This document shows positions 8,619 to 18,612 of a stretch of DNA of 64,000 nt, piece by piece. Origin of the DNA: Candidatus Nanohaloarchaea archaeon (GTDB lineage: Archaea; Nanohalarchaeota; Nanosalinia; Nanosalinales; Nanosalinaceae); the NCBI GenBank assembly GCA_013343275.1, contig CP046106.1, forward strand, positions 320,001-384,000, given 5' to 3'. Each line of letters starts with the position of its first letter. The stretch's first letter is position 1. The notes under the pieces were generated by a model. It made no database searches. It was not told the origin of the DNA and saw only the letters and a program-made list of their open reading frames with translations. The position numbers and the translations under genes are program-made.

Positions 8619-8679
8619 GTTCGATCCGTATCGAACAACTTGACGTTCTTTTAAACACTTGCGGTCTCTAAACTGAGAT

Positions 8680-9255
8680 ATGAAAAAGAAAGCACTACTT
8701 ACGGTTACATTTATCCTGATTACAGGGCTTTCCACCGCTGTAGTCGGAGGGCCGAACGCTTCAGAAGGAGAGTACGTCATAATGGACTCCTCAAGCTCGG
8801 CCTCAGGTACATCTGCTGTAGGACCTAATGGAACAGTCTACAGCACAACATTCTCAGTAGTAAATGGTTCCACCACTGCCGATCAAACCGGTGTGATCAA
8901 CTCCAGCTTCGAAAACAACACAGTACATTTCACTGGAGTATATCAGACACCTACCCCCTGCTACGATCTATCTCACTCAGTTGAGAAATCTGGAGAGAGC
9001 TATGTCTTCCAGGTAACTGCTGAAGCAGAGAACGGAACGTGTACACAGGTAATTGCCTACCACAAGTACAAGGCAAGTTTCGAAGCAGGAGAACCATACG
9101 AGCTGACAGTGAAGCATGGGAACGAGTCAGTAAATACACTTACACATCCTGACTACAGTTCAGACAGCAGCGACACAGACCATTCCGATGAAGATACTGG
9201 CGGAGTAAGAGGCCCTATTGCAAGCTTCTTCCACTTCCTAAGCAACCTTTTCTAG
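8680..9255 (+). CDS. Secreted/surface protein with PrcB-C-like Cys pair
   Basis: Signal peptide, TPTPCY...CTQVI, Ser/Thr-rich with N-x-S/T sequons, amphipathic C-terminus. Confidence 0.7.
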   Translation: MKKKALLTVTFILITGLSTAVVGGPNASEGEYVIMDSSSSASGTSAVGPNGTVYSTTFSVVNGSTTADQTGVINSSFENNTVHFTGVYQTPTPCYDLSHSVEKSGESYVFQVTAEAENGTCTQVIAYHKYKASFEAGEPYELTVKHGNESVNTLTHPDYSSDSSDTDHSDEDTGGVRGPIASFFHFLSNLF

Positions 9256-9322
9256 AACTCCCTTACTTCCTATTTCCCTTTTTTTCTTTCCTCTTTTAAC
9301 TTTTCACAGCCAGTTCCTCCAT

Positions 9323-10465
9323 ATGAACGACAAAACCGGTCACGTGCTCATAAGGTATGGCGAGATAGGCACAAAGTCAAGGCCTGTACAGGGCAAGATG
9401 CTTAACGCCCTTAGACAGAGAGTGCAGGACAAGCTTGAGTACGAGGAAATCGATTTCCAGAAGGTTTCTCTGGGCAACGGAAGAATAATTGTAAAGACAG
9501 ATAACGCTGAAAAAGCAGTGGAAAAAATGAAGAACCTTCCCGGAGTTGTCTCCGCCTCTCCCGCACTCAAGGTTAACTCAGAAATAGAGGAGATGAAGGA
9601 GGCCTCGGAGAACTTTGAGTACGGGGAAACTTTCGGTATAGATGCAACCACTTCAAACACCGAGCTCTCTACACTCGACATAAACAGAGAACTTGGAGGT
9701 CATGTAGAAGAGTTCACAGGCTCACCAGTAGATCTTGACAACCCTGAAACCTGGCTGAAGGTTGAGGTCCGTGGTGATGACAGCTTCCTCTTCACCACGA
9801 CAGTTTCCGGGCCGGGAGGCCTACCTGTAGGCACCCAGGATGAATATCTCTCCCTTATCAGCGGAGGTATCGACTCACCTGTCGCAACCTACAAAATGAT
9901 GAAATCAGGAGCAGACATCACCCCAATCTACTTCTACAACCGGCCTATAGCTGCCGAAGACCACCTTATCAGGTTCGAAGCAGTTCTCCAGAAACTGAAG
10001 GAATACCATCCCGGAAAGAAATGGAACTACTACATCGTGGACATGGACGAAGTAAACAAGGAACTTATGGGGATAGAGAAGGGAAGGATGGTTGTACACA
10101 GAAAGATAATGTTCAAGGTAGCAGAGAAAATAGCAGAGAAAGAAGGGCTCAGAGGCCTCGTCACAGGAGAATCCCTCGGGCAGAAATCAAGCCAGACAGC
10201 CAGAAACCTGGAAAACACGACCAGAGAGATAGAGAAGCCTCTGATGCGGCCCCTGCTCACCGAGAGCAAGAACGAGATAACAGCAAAGGCCCGTGAAATA
10301 GGCACTTTCGAGCTTTCAGAGATAAACTCCGCCTGTCGTTCGCTCGCACCAGACTCTCCATCCACAGACCTCAAAGAAGATCAGCTGCAGGAACTTGAAG
10401 AGAAAGTAGATATTGAAGAGCTTGTGGAAAAGGCCTTTACGGAAAGAGAAAAGAAGAGTATATAG
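9323..10465 (+). CDS. thiI: tRNA 4-thiouridine synthase ThiI (THUMP + PP-loop, no rhodanese)
   Basis: IRYGEIGTK, GPGGLPVG, SGGIDS, TGESLGQ.SSQT. Confidence 0.93.
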   Translation: MNDKTGHVLIRYGEIGTKSRPVQGKMLNALRQRVQDKLEYEEIDFQKVSLGNGRIIVKTDNAEKAVEKMKNLPGVVSASPALKVNSEIEEMKEASENFEYGETFGIDATTSNTELSTLDINRELGGHVEEFTGSPVDLDNPETWLKVEVRGDDSFLFTTTVSGPGGLPVGTQDEYLSLISGGIDSPVATYKMMKSGADITPIYFYNRPIAAEDHLIRFEAVLQKLKEYHPGKKWNYYIVDMDEVNKELMGIEKGRMVVHRKIMFKVAEKIAEKEGLRGLVTGESLGQKSSQTARNLENTTREIEKPLMRPLLTESKNEITAKAREIGTFELSEINSACRSLAPDSPSTDLKEDQLQELEEKVDIEELVEKAFTEREKKSI

Positions 10466-10474
10466 AGAAAAATT

Positions 10475-10939
10475 TTATCTGGCGGTTTCAAGCTCGCTGT
10501 ACATCTCCTGTAACTCCTCCCATGCCTCAATCAGCTCCGTCGAGTAATCAATTATCGCACATGGCGAAGGAGACTCCGTGTAGTCAAGGCCCGGAATCCT
10601 GTTTCCAAGATACGGATCTATCTCACGTAAGGCATCTACCATGTCCTCGTATGAGTCAGGATCGGCCTCAATAGTAGATAAATTCACGTCTTGGATATCT
10701 TCCGTCGCAGGATCGATCTCCTGTACCTTTATCGGATACATAATTTCTTCCTGACGGAAAAAAGAATCCAGTTCCTCGTGGGCCTCCTGCAGATAACCAG
10801 AAGCATAATCAATACGGCCTTGAGACGGCTGTTGCATTCCAACAGTTTGTTTAGCAGTGGAGATAGCTCCCTGTAGATTATCAAGTCTATCAAGAAGCTC
10901 ACCGCCAGTAAACGTATAGTTTACTTCTGAAAGATCCAC
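10475..10939 (-). CDS. Hypothetical acidic protein
   Basis: 154-aa acidic ORF, GTG start, no recognisable motif. Confidence 0.7.
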   Translation of the reverse strand: MDLSEVNYTFTGGELLDRLDNLQGAISTAKQTVGMQQPSQGRIDYASGYLQEAHEELDSFFRQEEIMYPIKVQEIDPATEDIQDVNLSTIEADPDSYEDMVDALREIDPYLGNRIPGLDYTESPSPCAIIDYSTELIEAWEELQEMYSELETAR

Positions 10940-10993
10940 TGAAAAACATGTAATGAACTAAATATTTTATTACTTCAGGATAAACAAATATCT

Positions 10994-11566
10994 ATGGATG
11001 CTCCAGAAATACCTTCGATGAAAGACTTCAGCTCAGGAGAAGATAACTCTGGCAACAAGTGGTACGCCGCCACCTTCGCACAGGACGGTGTTGATCTGAA
11101 GGCCAACAACTACGAAAACGGTTACAGCACAAGCTGGGGTACCTACAAATCTTTTGAAGATGTTTTAGATGATATAAACAGTTTCTACCGACTGAAAGGC
11201 TCAGTTGATGTAATTGAAATGAGGGACGGCGAGGCCTCCCCGAGACATCATCGTTTAACCCAGCAGGACGCAAGCATATCTGATTACGATTTCGAGGATG
11301 TTATCCATGTAGATCTTGAATCGGATGACTTCGGTATACAGTGGGCGGAGAATTCGCCGAAGATGCAGGAGAAAAACTATATTCCCTCCAATACTGTCCA
11401 TGTGTATGTAAATGAACCTGTTGAAGAAGTTCCTGAGCCTTTCATGGAGCCGACCTGGCTTCTGATGCAGGAAACTCTGGGTTACAGTGAGGATAACCGT
11501 GAGACAGTAAGTCAGCTTACACATGATGCAGGACGATTCCTGAATCAGACCGAGGATCTGCTTTAA
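10994..11566 (+). CDS. Hypothetical acidic protein
   Basis: 190-aa acidic ORF divergent from 10475-10939. Confidence 0.7.
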   Translation: MDAPEIPSMKDFSSGEDNSGNKWYAATFAQDGVDLKANNYENGYSTSWGTYKSFEDVLDDINSFYRLKGSVDVIEMRDGEASPRHHRLTQQDASISDYDFEDVIHVDLESDDFGIQWAENSPKMQEKNYIPSNTVHVYVNEPVEEVPEPFMEPTWLLMQETLGYSEDNRETVSQLTHDAGRFLNQTEDLL

Positions 11567-11570
11567 CTCT

Positions 11571-12767
11571 CTAGTTGGAGGAAATTATCTCGATCACATC
11601 GCCGTGATCCAGTTCATGATCTGCACCGATCTGTCTGTTCTCACGGCAGTCGATGGCGTTGATAAATCCTTCACCCAGATCGCTGTGTATAGTGTAGGCG
11701 AAGTCCTCTGCTGTAGCGCCTTCTGGTACAAGGAAGCAGTCGGGTAGAATATTGCCGTGTTCGTCACCGAGGCCGTCTGCTCCTCCAGGGAATACAGCCA
11801 TAACCCCCAGCTCATCGAAGAGTGCTGTCTCCATAGCCTGTTGGACCCCTGTACCTCCATACTCATCCATGAAATCTCTTATCTGTTCCAGGCCCTGCTT
11901 CTTCTCCTCCGGCAGGTCATCAACTAGAATCTCGAAATCATCCTCGCCAGGATAGTAGTCAACTATGTCCTTTTCCGCCGCATTCTTCAGGGCCTTTTCT
12001 GCATGAGCTGATGCAGGTACAAAGTCCAGATGTTCGTACTCAGGATCGTTAGTGAGTTCCTCATAGTTTTCCTGGGCCTTATCGGTATCCATCTTGTTAG
12101 CTGCAATAATCATAGGCTTGGTCTCCTTCCTGATGCTACGGGCCAGTTCCCTCCTGTCCTCGTCATCCCATGTGTCAGGATCAAGTTCCAAACCTTCCTG
12201 TAGTATAAGCTGTTTTATTTCGTTCTTGTTCGTCTTGAATGCGCTCATCTGCTCCGCTAATTCCTCTTCAAGCTTCACATCCTTCTTATTATGCTTGGTC
12301 TCGTACCTGTCGACTCCTTTCTCCAGGATCTCCAGGTACCACATATCCAGCTCTTCTTCCAGGAAGTCAATATCTTCTCTCGGATCGTGGCCTTCTGTTG
12401 GTTCTCCCTCGATATCTGTCTCGCCGGAGAAATCTACGATGTGGATCAGTACATCGGCTTCGTTGAGATCGGTCAGGAACTTGTTTCCAAGGCCTTTTCC
12501 TTCATGTGCTCCCGGGATCAGTCCTGCAACATCTACTAGCTTTACAGGTACGTAACGTGTTCCATCGTGGCAGAAACCTACTCTCGGATCGCAGCTCTCA
12601 TCAAAGTCCGGTGCTGCACATTCTACACGTACGTAGGCTTCTCCAACAGAAGGATCAATCGTGGTGAAAGGGTAGTTTCCCTCGTCCACAGAGTTCATCG
12701 TTGCTGCGTTGAAGAAGGTAGATTTTCCTACACTTGGCTTTCCAACTAGGCCGATTTTGTAAGGCAT
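11571..12767 (-). CDS. ychF: Obg-family ATPase YchF
   Basis: GKPSVGKS, YPFTTIDP, DVAGL, NKMD, C-terminal TGS domain. Confidence 0.95.
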   Translation of the reverse strand: MPYKIGLVGKPSVGKSTFFNAATMNSVDEGNYPFTTIDPSVGEAYVRVECAAPDFDESCDPRVGFCHDGTRYVPVKLVDVAGLIPGAHEGKGLGNKFLTDLNEADVLIHIVDFSGETDIEGEPTEGHDPREDIDFLEEELDMWYLEILEKGVDRYETKHNKKDVKLEEELAEQMSAFKTNKNEIKQLILQEGLELDPDTWDDEDRRELARSIRKETKPMIIAANKMDTDKAQENYEELTNDPEYEHLDFVPASAHAEKALKNAAEKDIVDYYPGEDDFEILVDDLPEEKKQGLEQIRDFMDEYGGTGVQQAMETALFDELGVMAVFPGGADGLGDEHGNILPDCFLVPEGATAEDFAYTIHSDLGEGFINAIDCRENRQIGADHELDHGDVIEIISSN

Positions 12768-12835
12768 GAATGCACTGTATTTGAGAACATTTTTAACCCA
12801 AACCGTATTTATCGTTGAGAACCGTGTTTTATCCT

Positions 12836-13561
12836 GTGAAAGTTCTTTCGCTTAACGCTGGTTACTTCCTGGGGTACGAAGGTACTATGAGAGATTATAT
12901 CTGTCACCCTCTGAGAGCAGTAATCGGCGATAAAGTAGTTCAGAGCAGGAAGGTAAGTGAGTTCAGCAAGCTGGTTCACGACACAGATCCTGACACAGTT
13001 CTACTGCAGGAGGTAGATCAAGGTTCTATAAGAAGTTCTGATGCATCTCTACCACGTTCAATTACCAGAAAGCTGCCGGGCGAGTTCTCTGTCCATCCAG
13101 AGACTAAGTATAGGGAAGGTTTCAGGAAGATGCCTTTCGTGAGGAACATGTCAAACGCATTACTCACCAAGGAAGGCAATGTACACAACCATAGAGTTGA
13201 TACAGGTACAAAATGCCTTGTACAGGAACTGCAGCTGGAGAATTTAAGCATATTCTCTGTACATCTGTCAAGATTCGGTAAAAGTGTCCGCAGGAAGCAG
13301 CTTAAGCAGATCTCCGAACTGGTCGAGGGAAGAGAAAACTATATCGTGGCGGGAGATTTCAACTTCATGGATCCCGAAGAGCAGAAAACAGCAGAAGAGA
13401 TTATAGGAAAGAAGTTTTCCGCAGGTGCAACTTTCCCTGCAAAGAAGCCGACCAGAACTCTTGATATGGCCTATACCTCGGAAAGTCTAGATCTAAATCT
13501 GGAAGTTATAGATAGCGAAATATCTGATCACAGGCCTATAATAATGGATATAAATCAATGA
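12836..13561 (+). CDS. Endonuclease/exonuclease/phosphatase (EEP) family protein
   Basis: SLN, LQEVD, GDFN, LD, SDH motifs; GTG start chosen. Confidence 0.9.
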   Translation: MKVLSLNAGYFLGYEGTMRDYICHPLRAVIGDKVVQSRKVSEFSKLVHDTDPDTVLLQEVDQGSIRSSDASLPRSITRKLPGEFSVHPETKYREGFRKMPFVRNMSNALLTKEGNVHNHRVDTGTKCLVQELQLENLSIFSVHLSRFGKSVRRKQLKQISELVEGRENYIVAGDFNFMDPEEQKTAEEIIGKKFSAGATFPAKKPTRTLDMAYTSESLDLNLEVIDSEISDHRPIIMDINQ

Positions 13562-13644
13562 TTGCTCGAGTTCTTAGAAATCCTTCTGAAGTAGGTTTAA
13601 GTTAGATACGGACGTAAATGTAAAATAGAGAGGTTCTATAAGTA

Positions 13645-14026
13645 ATGAGTTCAAGCGGCGAACTGAATTTATCTGTAACTATAATGAGGCTACTACTCAT
13701 AGTGACTCCTCTAACATTCTATATCTCGCCTGCATCAAGCAAACTACATGGAAGCCTCCCTCTACTTACGACAGCTCTTTTCACAGCTTACGGAGTCAGC
13801 ACTGTCTTTGGAGGCCTTCTAAGGGAAAACAAGATCGCTAGGATACTTTGTAGATATATCAGCAGTTGTAGGAGTATTTCTATTTGCGATCGGTCCCGTA
13901 ATAGGTTTCGCAGGGGAAAGTACTTCCGTAAAGATTCTGGCAGCTGCACTTGTCTTCCTCTCTATTCCATCCACATTAGCAGTCTGGTATACCCAGAAAT
14001 CAAACGAAGATAATAGAGATTACTGA
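13645..14026 (+). pseudogene. 4-TM membrane protein with a +1 frameshift near 13822-13829
   Basis: Two TMs, then a non-protein-like tail; the +1 frame gives two more TMs (YFVDISAVVGVFLFAIGPVIG...ILAAALVFLSIPSTLAVWY) to TGA 14026. Confidence 0.65.
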
Positions 14027-14070
14027 AAGACTATTTCAGGCTTAAATTAGTTGAAATCTCAAATCTTTAC

Positions 14071-14481
14071 ATGAGAAAGTTAAAACTCCCAGGAAGAGAT
14101 CAGACCAGGCCTCGCCTTACAGAAGATGATATAAGGCTGATTAAAGAGTCAGGAATACCTGAGATAAAGGATCAGGCCCGTAAAATAGTAGAGAACAAGC
14201 TAAGAGAACAGCCTGATAACGATGGTCAGCAGACTCCTTCAGCAGGAAATCCTGTTTACAAGGCCATGCATGCCTGCAATGTTTCATCCAGAAAAGAGCT
14301 CTCACGAGCCCATAGAATGCCTGCAGGGGGAGAACTAAGCGATAAACAGATAGACGCCATAGTTAACCTTCTTACACGCTGGATTGTCAGAGAATACAAT
14401 TTCTACAAGGAAGAACGGAAGCAACAGCAGAAGAACCTGAACGAGTTCTCAAGGAGAAATAAAGAAGAGGAAACGGCCTAG
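14071..14481 (+). CDS. DUF4186 family protein
   Basis: NDGQQTP..GNPVYKAMHA, H.MP.G.ELSD.Q, RWI. Confidence 0.8.
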   Translation: MRKLKLPGRDQTRPRLTEDDIRLIKESGIPEIKDQARKIVENKLREQPDNDGQQTPSAGNPVYKAMHACNVSSRKELSRAHRMPAGGELSDKQIDAIVNLLTRWIVREYNFYKEERKQQQKNLNEFSRRNKEEETA

Positions 14482-15779
14482 ATAAGGCCTTCGCCTTTCA
14501 GGTGCTCGACAACTTCATCTCTGTCAAGAGCCTCTTCCTCGCCAGAATCCATGTGCTTCATTGTAACTTCATCGTTCTCCAGGTCACGTTCTCCAACGAT
14601 AAGTACTCTTTTTGCATTCATGTCATCGGCGTATCCTAGCTGGGAGCCGAAACCTCTTCCAGCCAGATCGGTCTCCACAGATAGGCCTTCCTCACGTAAC
14701 CTGGTTGCATAATCGAGGGCGACGCCTCTCACGGATTCGCTGACCGAGAGAACGTAGACATCAGTCTCAACCTCTTCTAGAGGGTACCGATCCTCCTTCT
14801 TCAGCAACTCGATTGTAGGCGAGTAACCGAAGGCGAAGCCGACAGCAGGTACTTCCCTATCGCCGAAGGTACCGACAAGTTCATCGTAACGACCTCCGCC
14901 GAACAAAGCCCTGAGCTCTCCTTCACTGTCGAAAGCCTCGAATACAAGCCCTGTGTAGTATGCAAGGCCTCTGACTATCGAGAGATCGAAACGGCACATA
15001 TCAGCTACGCCGTAACTTTCAAGGGCCTCGCCAAGGCTTTCCATTCTGTCAACTGAATCCTGTACCTCTTCAGGGGCTTTTTCACGAAGTTCATCGATCT
15101 GGTCAAGTATAGGACCTGAGATATCTGTCAATTCATCGACCTGTTCTGCATCCTCACGGGAAAGCCCTCTATCCATGAGATCTTCAAGGAACTCTTCTCT
15201 ATCCAGTTTTTCCTTGTCGTCTACTACCTTCATCGCTTCCTCGGTCCTATCGATTCCATGGCTTTCAAGTATCGACTCAAGCAGCTCTCTGTCATTGACG
15301 AGGAAGTTAACCCTGTCATCCAGATCCAGTTTCTGGAAGATGGTTGCTGCCGCAGCGATAACTTCGGCGTCAGCTTCCACCGACTCTATCCCAAAGATAT
15401 CGAAGTCCCCTTGCAGAAACTCCCGGTCACGGCCCTTGGTAACGTCCTCATATCTCCACCGCTTGGAGGTATTGTACCATTTGACAGGAGTCTTGAGGTC
15501 CTTACGTTTCTGTATCAGTCGGGCCCTTGTAGGCGTCTGCTCCGGAACCAGTGTTATCTCGTTATCACCTTTGTCCGTAAACGCGTACATTTCATCGGTT
15601 ACAGAATCCTCTTCCTTCTCTGTCCAGAGTTCCTGTCTCTCGATGCTTGGAGGATCTATCTGCCGGAATCCGAACTCTTCGGCAGTTTCCTCTACTGTTT
15701 CGATCAGTTTCTTCCACGTGGCCCATTCATCAGGATACCTGTCATAGGTACCTTTCAAACTCTCAAGATTAATGCTCAT
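14478..15779 (-). CDS. hisS: Histidine--tRNA ligase
   Basis: WRYE...GRDREFLQ, VRGLAYYTG, GGGRYD, anticodon-binding domain. Confidence 0.97.
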   Translation of the reverse strand: MSINLESLKGTYDRYPDEWATWKKLIETVEETAEEFGFRQIDPPSIERQELWTEKEEDSVTDEMYAFTDKGDNEITLVPEQTPTRARLIQKRKDLKTPVKWYNTSKRWRYEDVTKGRDREFLQGDFDIFGIESVEADAEVIAAAATIFQKLDLDDRVNFLVNDRELLESILESHGIDRTEEAMKVVDDKEKLDREEFLEDLMDRGLSREDAEQVDELTDISGPILDQIDELREKAPEEVQDSVDRMESLGEALESYGVADMCRFDLSIVRGLAYYTGLVFEAFDSEGELRALFGGGRYDELVGTFGDREVPAVGFAFGYSPTIELLKKEDRYPLEEVETDVYVLSVSESVRGVALDYATRLREEGLSVETDLAGRGFGSQLGYADDMNAKRVLIVGERDLENDEVTMKHMDSGEEEALDRDEVVEHLKGEGLI

Positions 15780-15925
15780 TTTTGATTACCTCTTATACCT
15801 ACATTTTCTTCCTCTACTTTTTCAAATACATACGGAGAAGTTCGAAAGATAGAGCTGTAGCTTTTGGAAAGATTTTCAGTTAACGAAGAACTTTTCTGAG
15901 ATCCTTCTGCTCGAAGGATGATCAT
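15776..15925 (-). CDS. Possible 49-aa upstream ORF coupled to hisS
   Basis: GGTGA just before the ATG; TGA overlaps the hisS ATG (ATGA). Confidence 0.3.
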   Translation of the reverse strand: MIILRAEGSQKSSSLTENLSKSYSSIFRTSPYVFEKVEEENVGIRGNQK

Positions 15926-15996
15926 AGTCACCTTTCATTGGTAGTTCGCCTAGTAGATTATTTAGCTCCTAGATTTTTAAGTTAGACGCAGAACGC

Positions 15997-16572
15997 TTAA
16001 AGAAGCGAAGAGGCCTTGCTGAGAGCCTCTTTCTCAATCTTTTCATAGAGATCAAGTGCTGTAGACCAGGCAGGTTCAAGCCGATCCCATGAGATATAGG
16101 CGACACCCAGTCCTATCGCTGCTGCTGCGATCGAACCCAGAATATCGACAGGCCAGTGCTCTCCTACATAGATACGGGCGAAACCTGTAAGAACTGCCGC
16201 AGCAGTTAGAAGCCATCCCAGCCTTTCTCTGTTCCTGTAGATCAGTGGAAATGCTGTTCCGAAAACTGCTGCCGTATGCTGGCTGGGGAAAGAGTTCTCT
16301 GCGTGGAACTCAATCAGTGTACTGTAGGTCGCTGACGGGTTTTCATGGAAGTAGAGAAGGCTCATTACGTAGGCAATACCAATGGTCAGAACCGAGGTGT
16401 AGAACGTGAAAAGTGCGTCCTCCTTCCTTTCACGGCCCTGGAACCATAGATAGATCAAGGATAGAGGAACCAGGAGAACAAGGGCTTCTGCCAGGAGAAG
16501 CATGGTTTGATCGATTAGACCTATACCCGTCAGGCCCTGGATCTTGAGGAAAAGGGCCTCATTAAGCGACAT
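15997..16572 (-). CDS. PAP2-family polyprenyl-diphosphate phosphatase (BcrC-like)
   Basis: SFPSQH and ARIYVGEHWPVD motifs, TM helices. Confidence 0.9.
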   Translation of the reverse strand: MSLNEALFLKIQGLTGIGLIDQTMLLLAEALVLLVPLSLIYLWFQGRERKEDALFTFYTSVLTIGIAYVMSLLYFHENPSATYSTLIEFHAENSFPSQHTAAVFGTAFPLIYRNRERLGWLLTAAAVLTGFARIYVGEHWPVDILGSIAAAAIGLGVAYISWDRLEPAWSTALDLYEKIEKEALSKASSLL

Positions 16573-16639
16573 AATGGTAGTGGCAGGTTTCAGATACTTA
16601 AATTTTCGGTAAGGATTCTATTCTAGGTGAATTAAAACA

Positions 16640-16801
16640 ATGGCACAGAGATTTGAAGAGGCCGAAGAAAGAGTATTCGATAATATCTACATCTGCAGAA
16701 AATGCAATGCTAAGAACAAGACTCAGGATCCTGAGAGCACTAGCTGCAGGAAATGCGGATACCCTGACCTCAGAAAGAAGAACGAACAGTTCGCAGGTTA
16801 A
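16640..16801 (+). CDS. rpl40e: 50S ribosomal protein eL40, not in the ORF track
   Basis: [26 protein letters not shown]...[12 protein letters not shown]; GGTGA SD at 16626. Confidence 0.92.
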   Translation: MAQRFEEAEERVFDNIYICRKCNAKNKTQDPESTSCRKCGYPDLRKKNEQFAG

Positions 16802-16921
16802 AACCTGTTCTTCAGGAGAGAACTGTTCCCACTTTCTTCAATTTCCCCTTCTCTACCACAGCCCTAATTTTTAGGACCTAACTGTAACAGTTTTAACTCT
16901 GAACATGGTTTTACTTCTACT

Positions 16922-17549
16922 GTGAGAGATCCTGACCTCTACAGAGAACTTGGAGAAGACTGGGGGAATAGAAGACAACGAAGATATATACACAGGATTT
17001 TCCTCCGCAGCAATACCAGAAGCCATACAGACCAGCAAGGAAATTTTCTATCCAGAATCCCAGAGCATATGGGACTTAATGACTGACTACGGCCTCGACA
17101 AAGCCTCTCACTTTGGCTTCAGCTACTTCGGCTCTAAATCAGTAATGAAGGCCGCAGAAAAGTTCCCTGAATACACCAAATCATTGACAGAAGACCGTGA
17201 AGACCTCCTATCCAGAAAAGCCCATGATATAGGAGTAAAGTTTTCCAGTCCCAGCTTCCAGCAGAAAGCAGGAGCTGCACTACTAGGAGTAGCAGTACTG
17301 GGGTTCGGAAAAGAAATGACAGACCAGTACATCGACTACCTAGACATGACCGCTAACATGACAGGAGCAAGTCTAGGAGTGCTGGACGAATACGGAGACG
17401 GCAGCCTCAGAGAAGGAGGGAAAAAGGCCTTTGAAGATATCAACAGGATGCTATCTGGAGAGCAAGAAACGCAGCACATAGCTGACGGGGGAGAGCTGGA
17501 AGTACCTGAAGAGGTTATTGAACAGCAGAAACTTCTCGGCAAGGCCTGA
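16922..17549 (+). CDS. YfiM/VanZ-like membrane protein, probable frameshift in G5 run 16962-16966
   Basis: DKASHF...GKEMTD...DMTANMTGASLG; the GTG-started frame MRDPDLYRELGEDWG joins the main ORF if one G is removed. Confidence 0.6.
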
Positions 17550-17599
17550 AATCCTAACCCTTTATTAGATTACAACAAACCCAACTAAAATACACAAAG

Positions 17600-17671
<72 letters not shown>

Positions 17672-17709
17672 TTCAGGGATATACTTCAAGATCTCATTTT
17701 CTCAAAGAG

Positions 17710-18612
17710 TTAATGAGTTATCTCTCCGTGGTTTTCTTGATCTTTCTCTATCTGGAGCGTAACTGTCTGGATGTTGAAGTCCTGTTTTAGTTTCTGCGTT
17801 ATTTCTTTTCTGATGTTGTCTGCTCTGTCCCAGGAGTCAACTTTTATCTGTGCGTGAGCGGATGCGATACAGACTTTGGAGCAGATTTCGTAGACTCTGA
17901 TGTGGTGTGCGTCTTCTACGCCTTCGACTGATTCTATTGCCTGTTCTATTTCTGTCGCTGGTATTGGGCTTTTCTGCATCAGGATTCCGAAGCTTTCCCG
18001 CAGGACTTTTGCTGCTGACCAGACTATCAGTCCTGCTATCAGGACTGCTACTGCTGGGTCGATGGCAGTGATTCCTGTGAAGTAGATTACGGTTGTTGAG
18101 AGTATTACTGCGATTGAGCCTCCTGCATCGCCGAGGAGATGGTAGAATGCTCCTCTCTCGTTCAAACTCATTTCTCCACCTTGTAAGTAGTAGACTGAGA
18201 ACAGGTTGACAAGCAGTCCACCGAATCCGATTGCTATCGTTGGAACTACTCCGATGTCTACAGGGTTGAGGAATCTTTTGTAAGACTCCCAGAGGATGTA
18301 TCCTGCCATCGGAATCAGTAATGCTCCGTTGAAAAACGCAGATAAGGTCTCTATGCGGTGGAATCCGAAGTTGTAGTTATCGTTTGCGTCCCAGTTTTCT
18401 GCTGCGTAGGCGGAGAAGAACGCCATTACATAGGCGAGTGCATCGAACAGCATATGGAAGGCGTCGCTCATCAAGGCGACTGAGCCGAACATTATCCCTC
18501 CTGCTAGTTCTACTATGAAACCTATTAGGTTGATTCCTGATACTGTGCCGAGTTTTCTGGTGCTGCTATGGCTGTGGTCGTGACTACTGTTGTTCTCTGG
18601 AATGTTCGACAC
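17710..18612 (-). CDS. czcD: Cation diffusion facilitator (CzcD/ZitB-type Zn efflux)
   Basis: His-rich N-terminus, SDAFHMLFD, HLLGD, C-terminal cytosolic domain; start uncertain. Confidence 0.92.
   Translation of the reverse strand: MSNIPENNSSHDHSHSSTRKLGTVSGINLIGFIVELAGGIMFGSVALMSDAFHMLFDALAYVMAFFSAYAAENWDANDNYNFGFHRIETLSAFFNGALLIPMAGYILWESYKRFLNPVDIGVVPTIAIGFGGLLVNLFSVYYLQGGEMSLNERGAFYHLLGDAGGSIAVILSTTVIYFTGITAIDPAVAVLIAGLIVWSAAKVLRESFGILMQKSPIPATEIEQAIESVEGVEDAHHIRVYEICSKVCIASAHAQIKVDSWDRADNIRKEITQKLKQDFNIQTVTLQIEKDQENHGEITH

Noticed and set aside
13822-13830. Programmed -1 frameshift at GGGAAAAC
   Set aside because: The downstream TM frame requires +1, not -1
16653-16874. 73-aa ORF in the track
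   Set aside because: Out-of-frame shadow of rpl40e (16640-16801)
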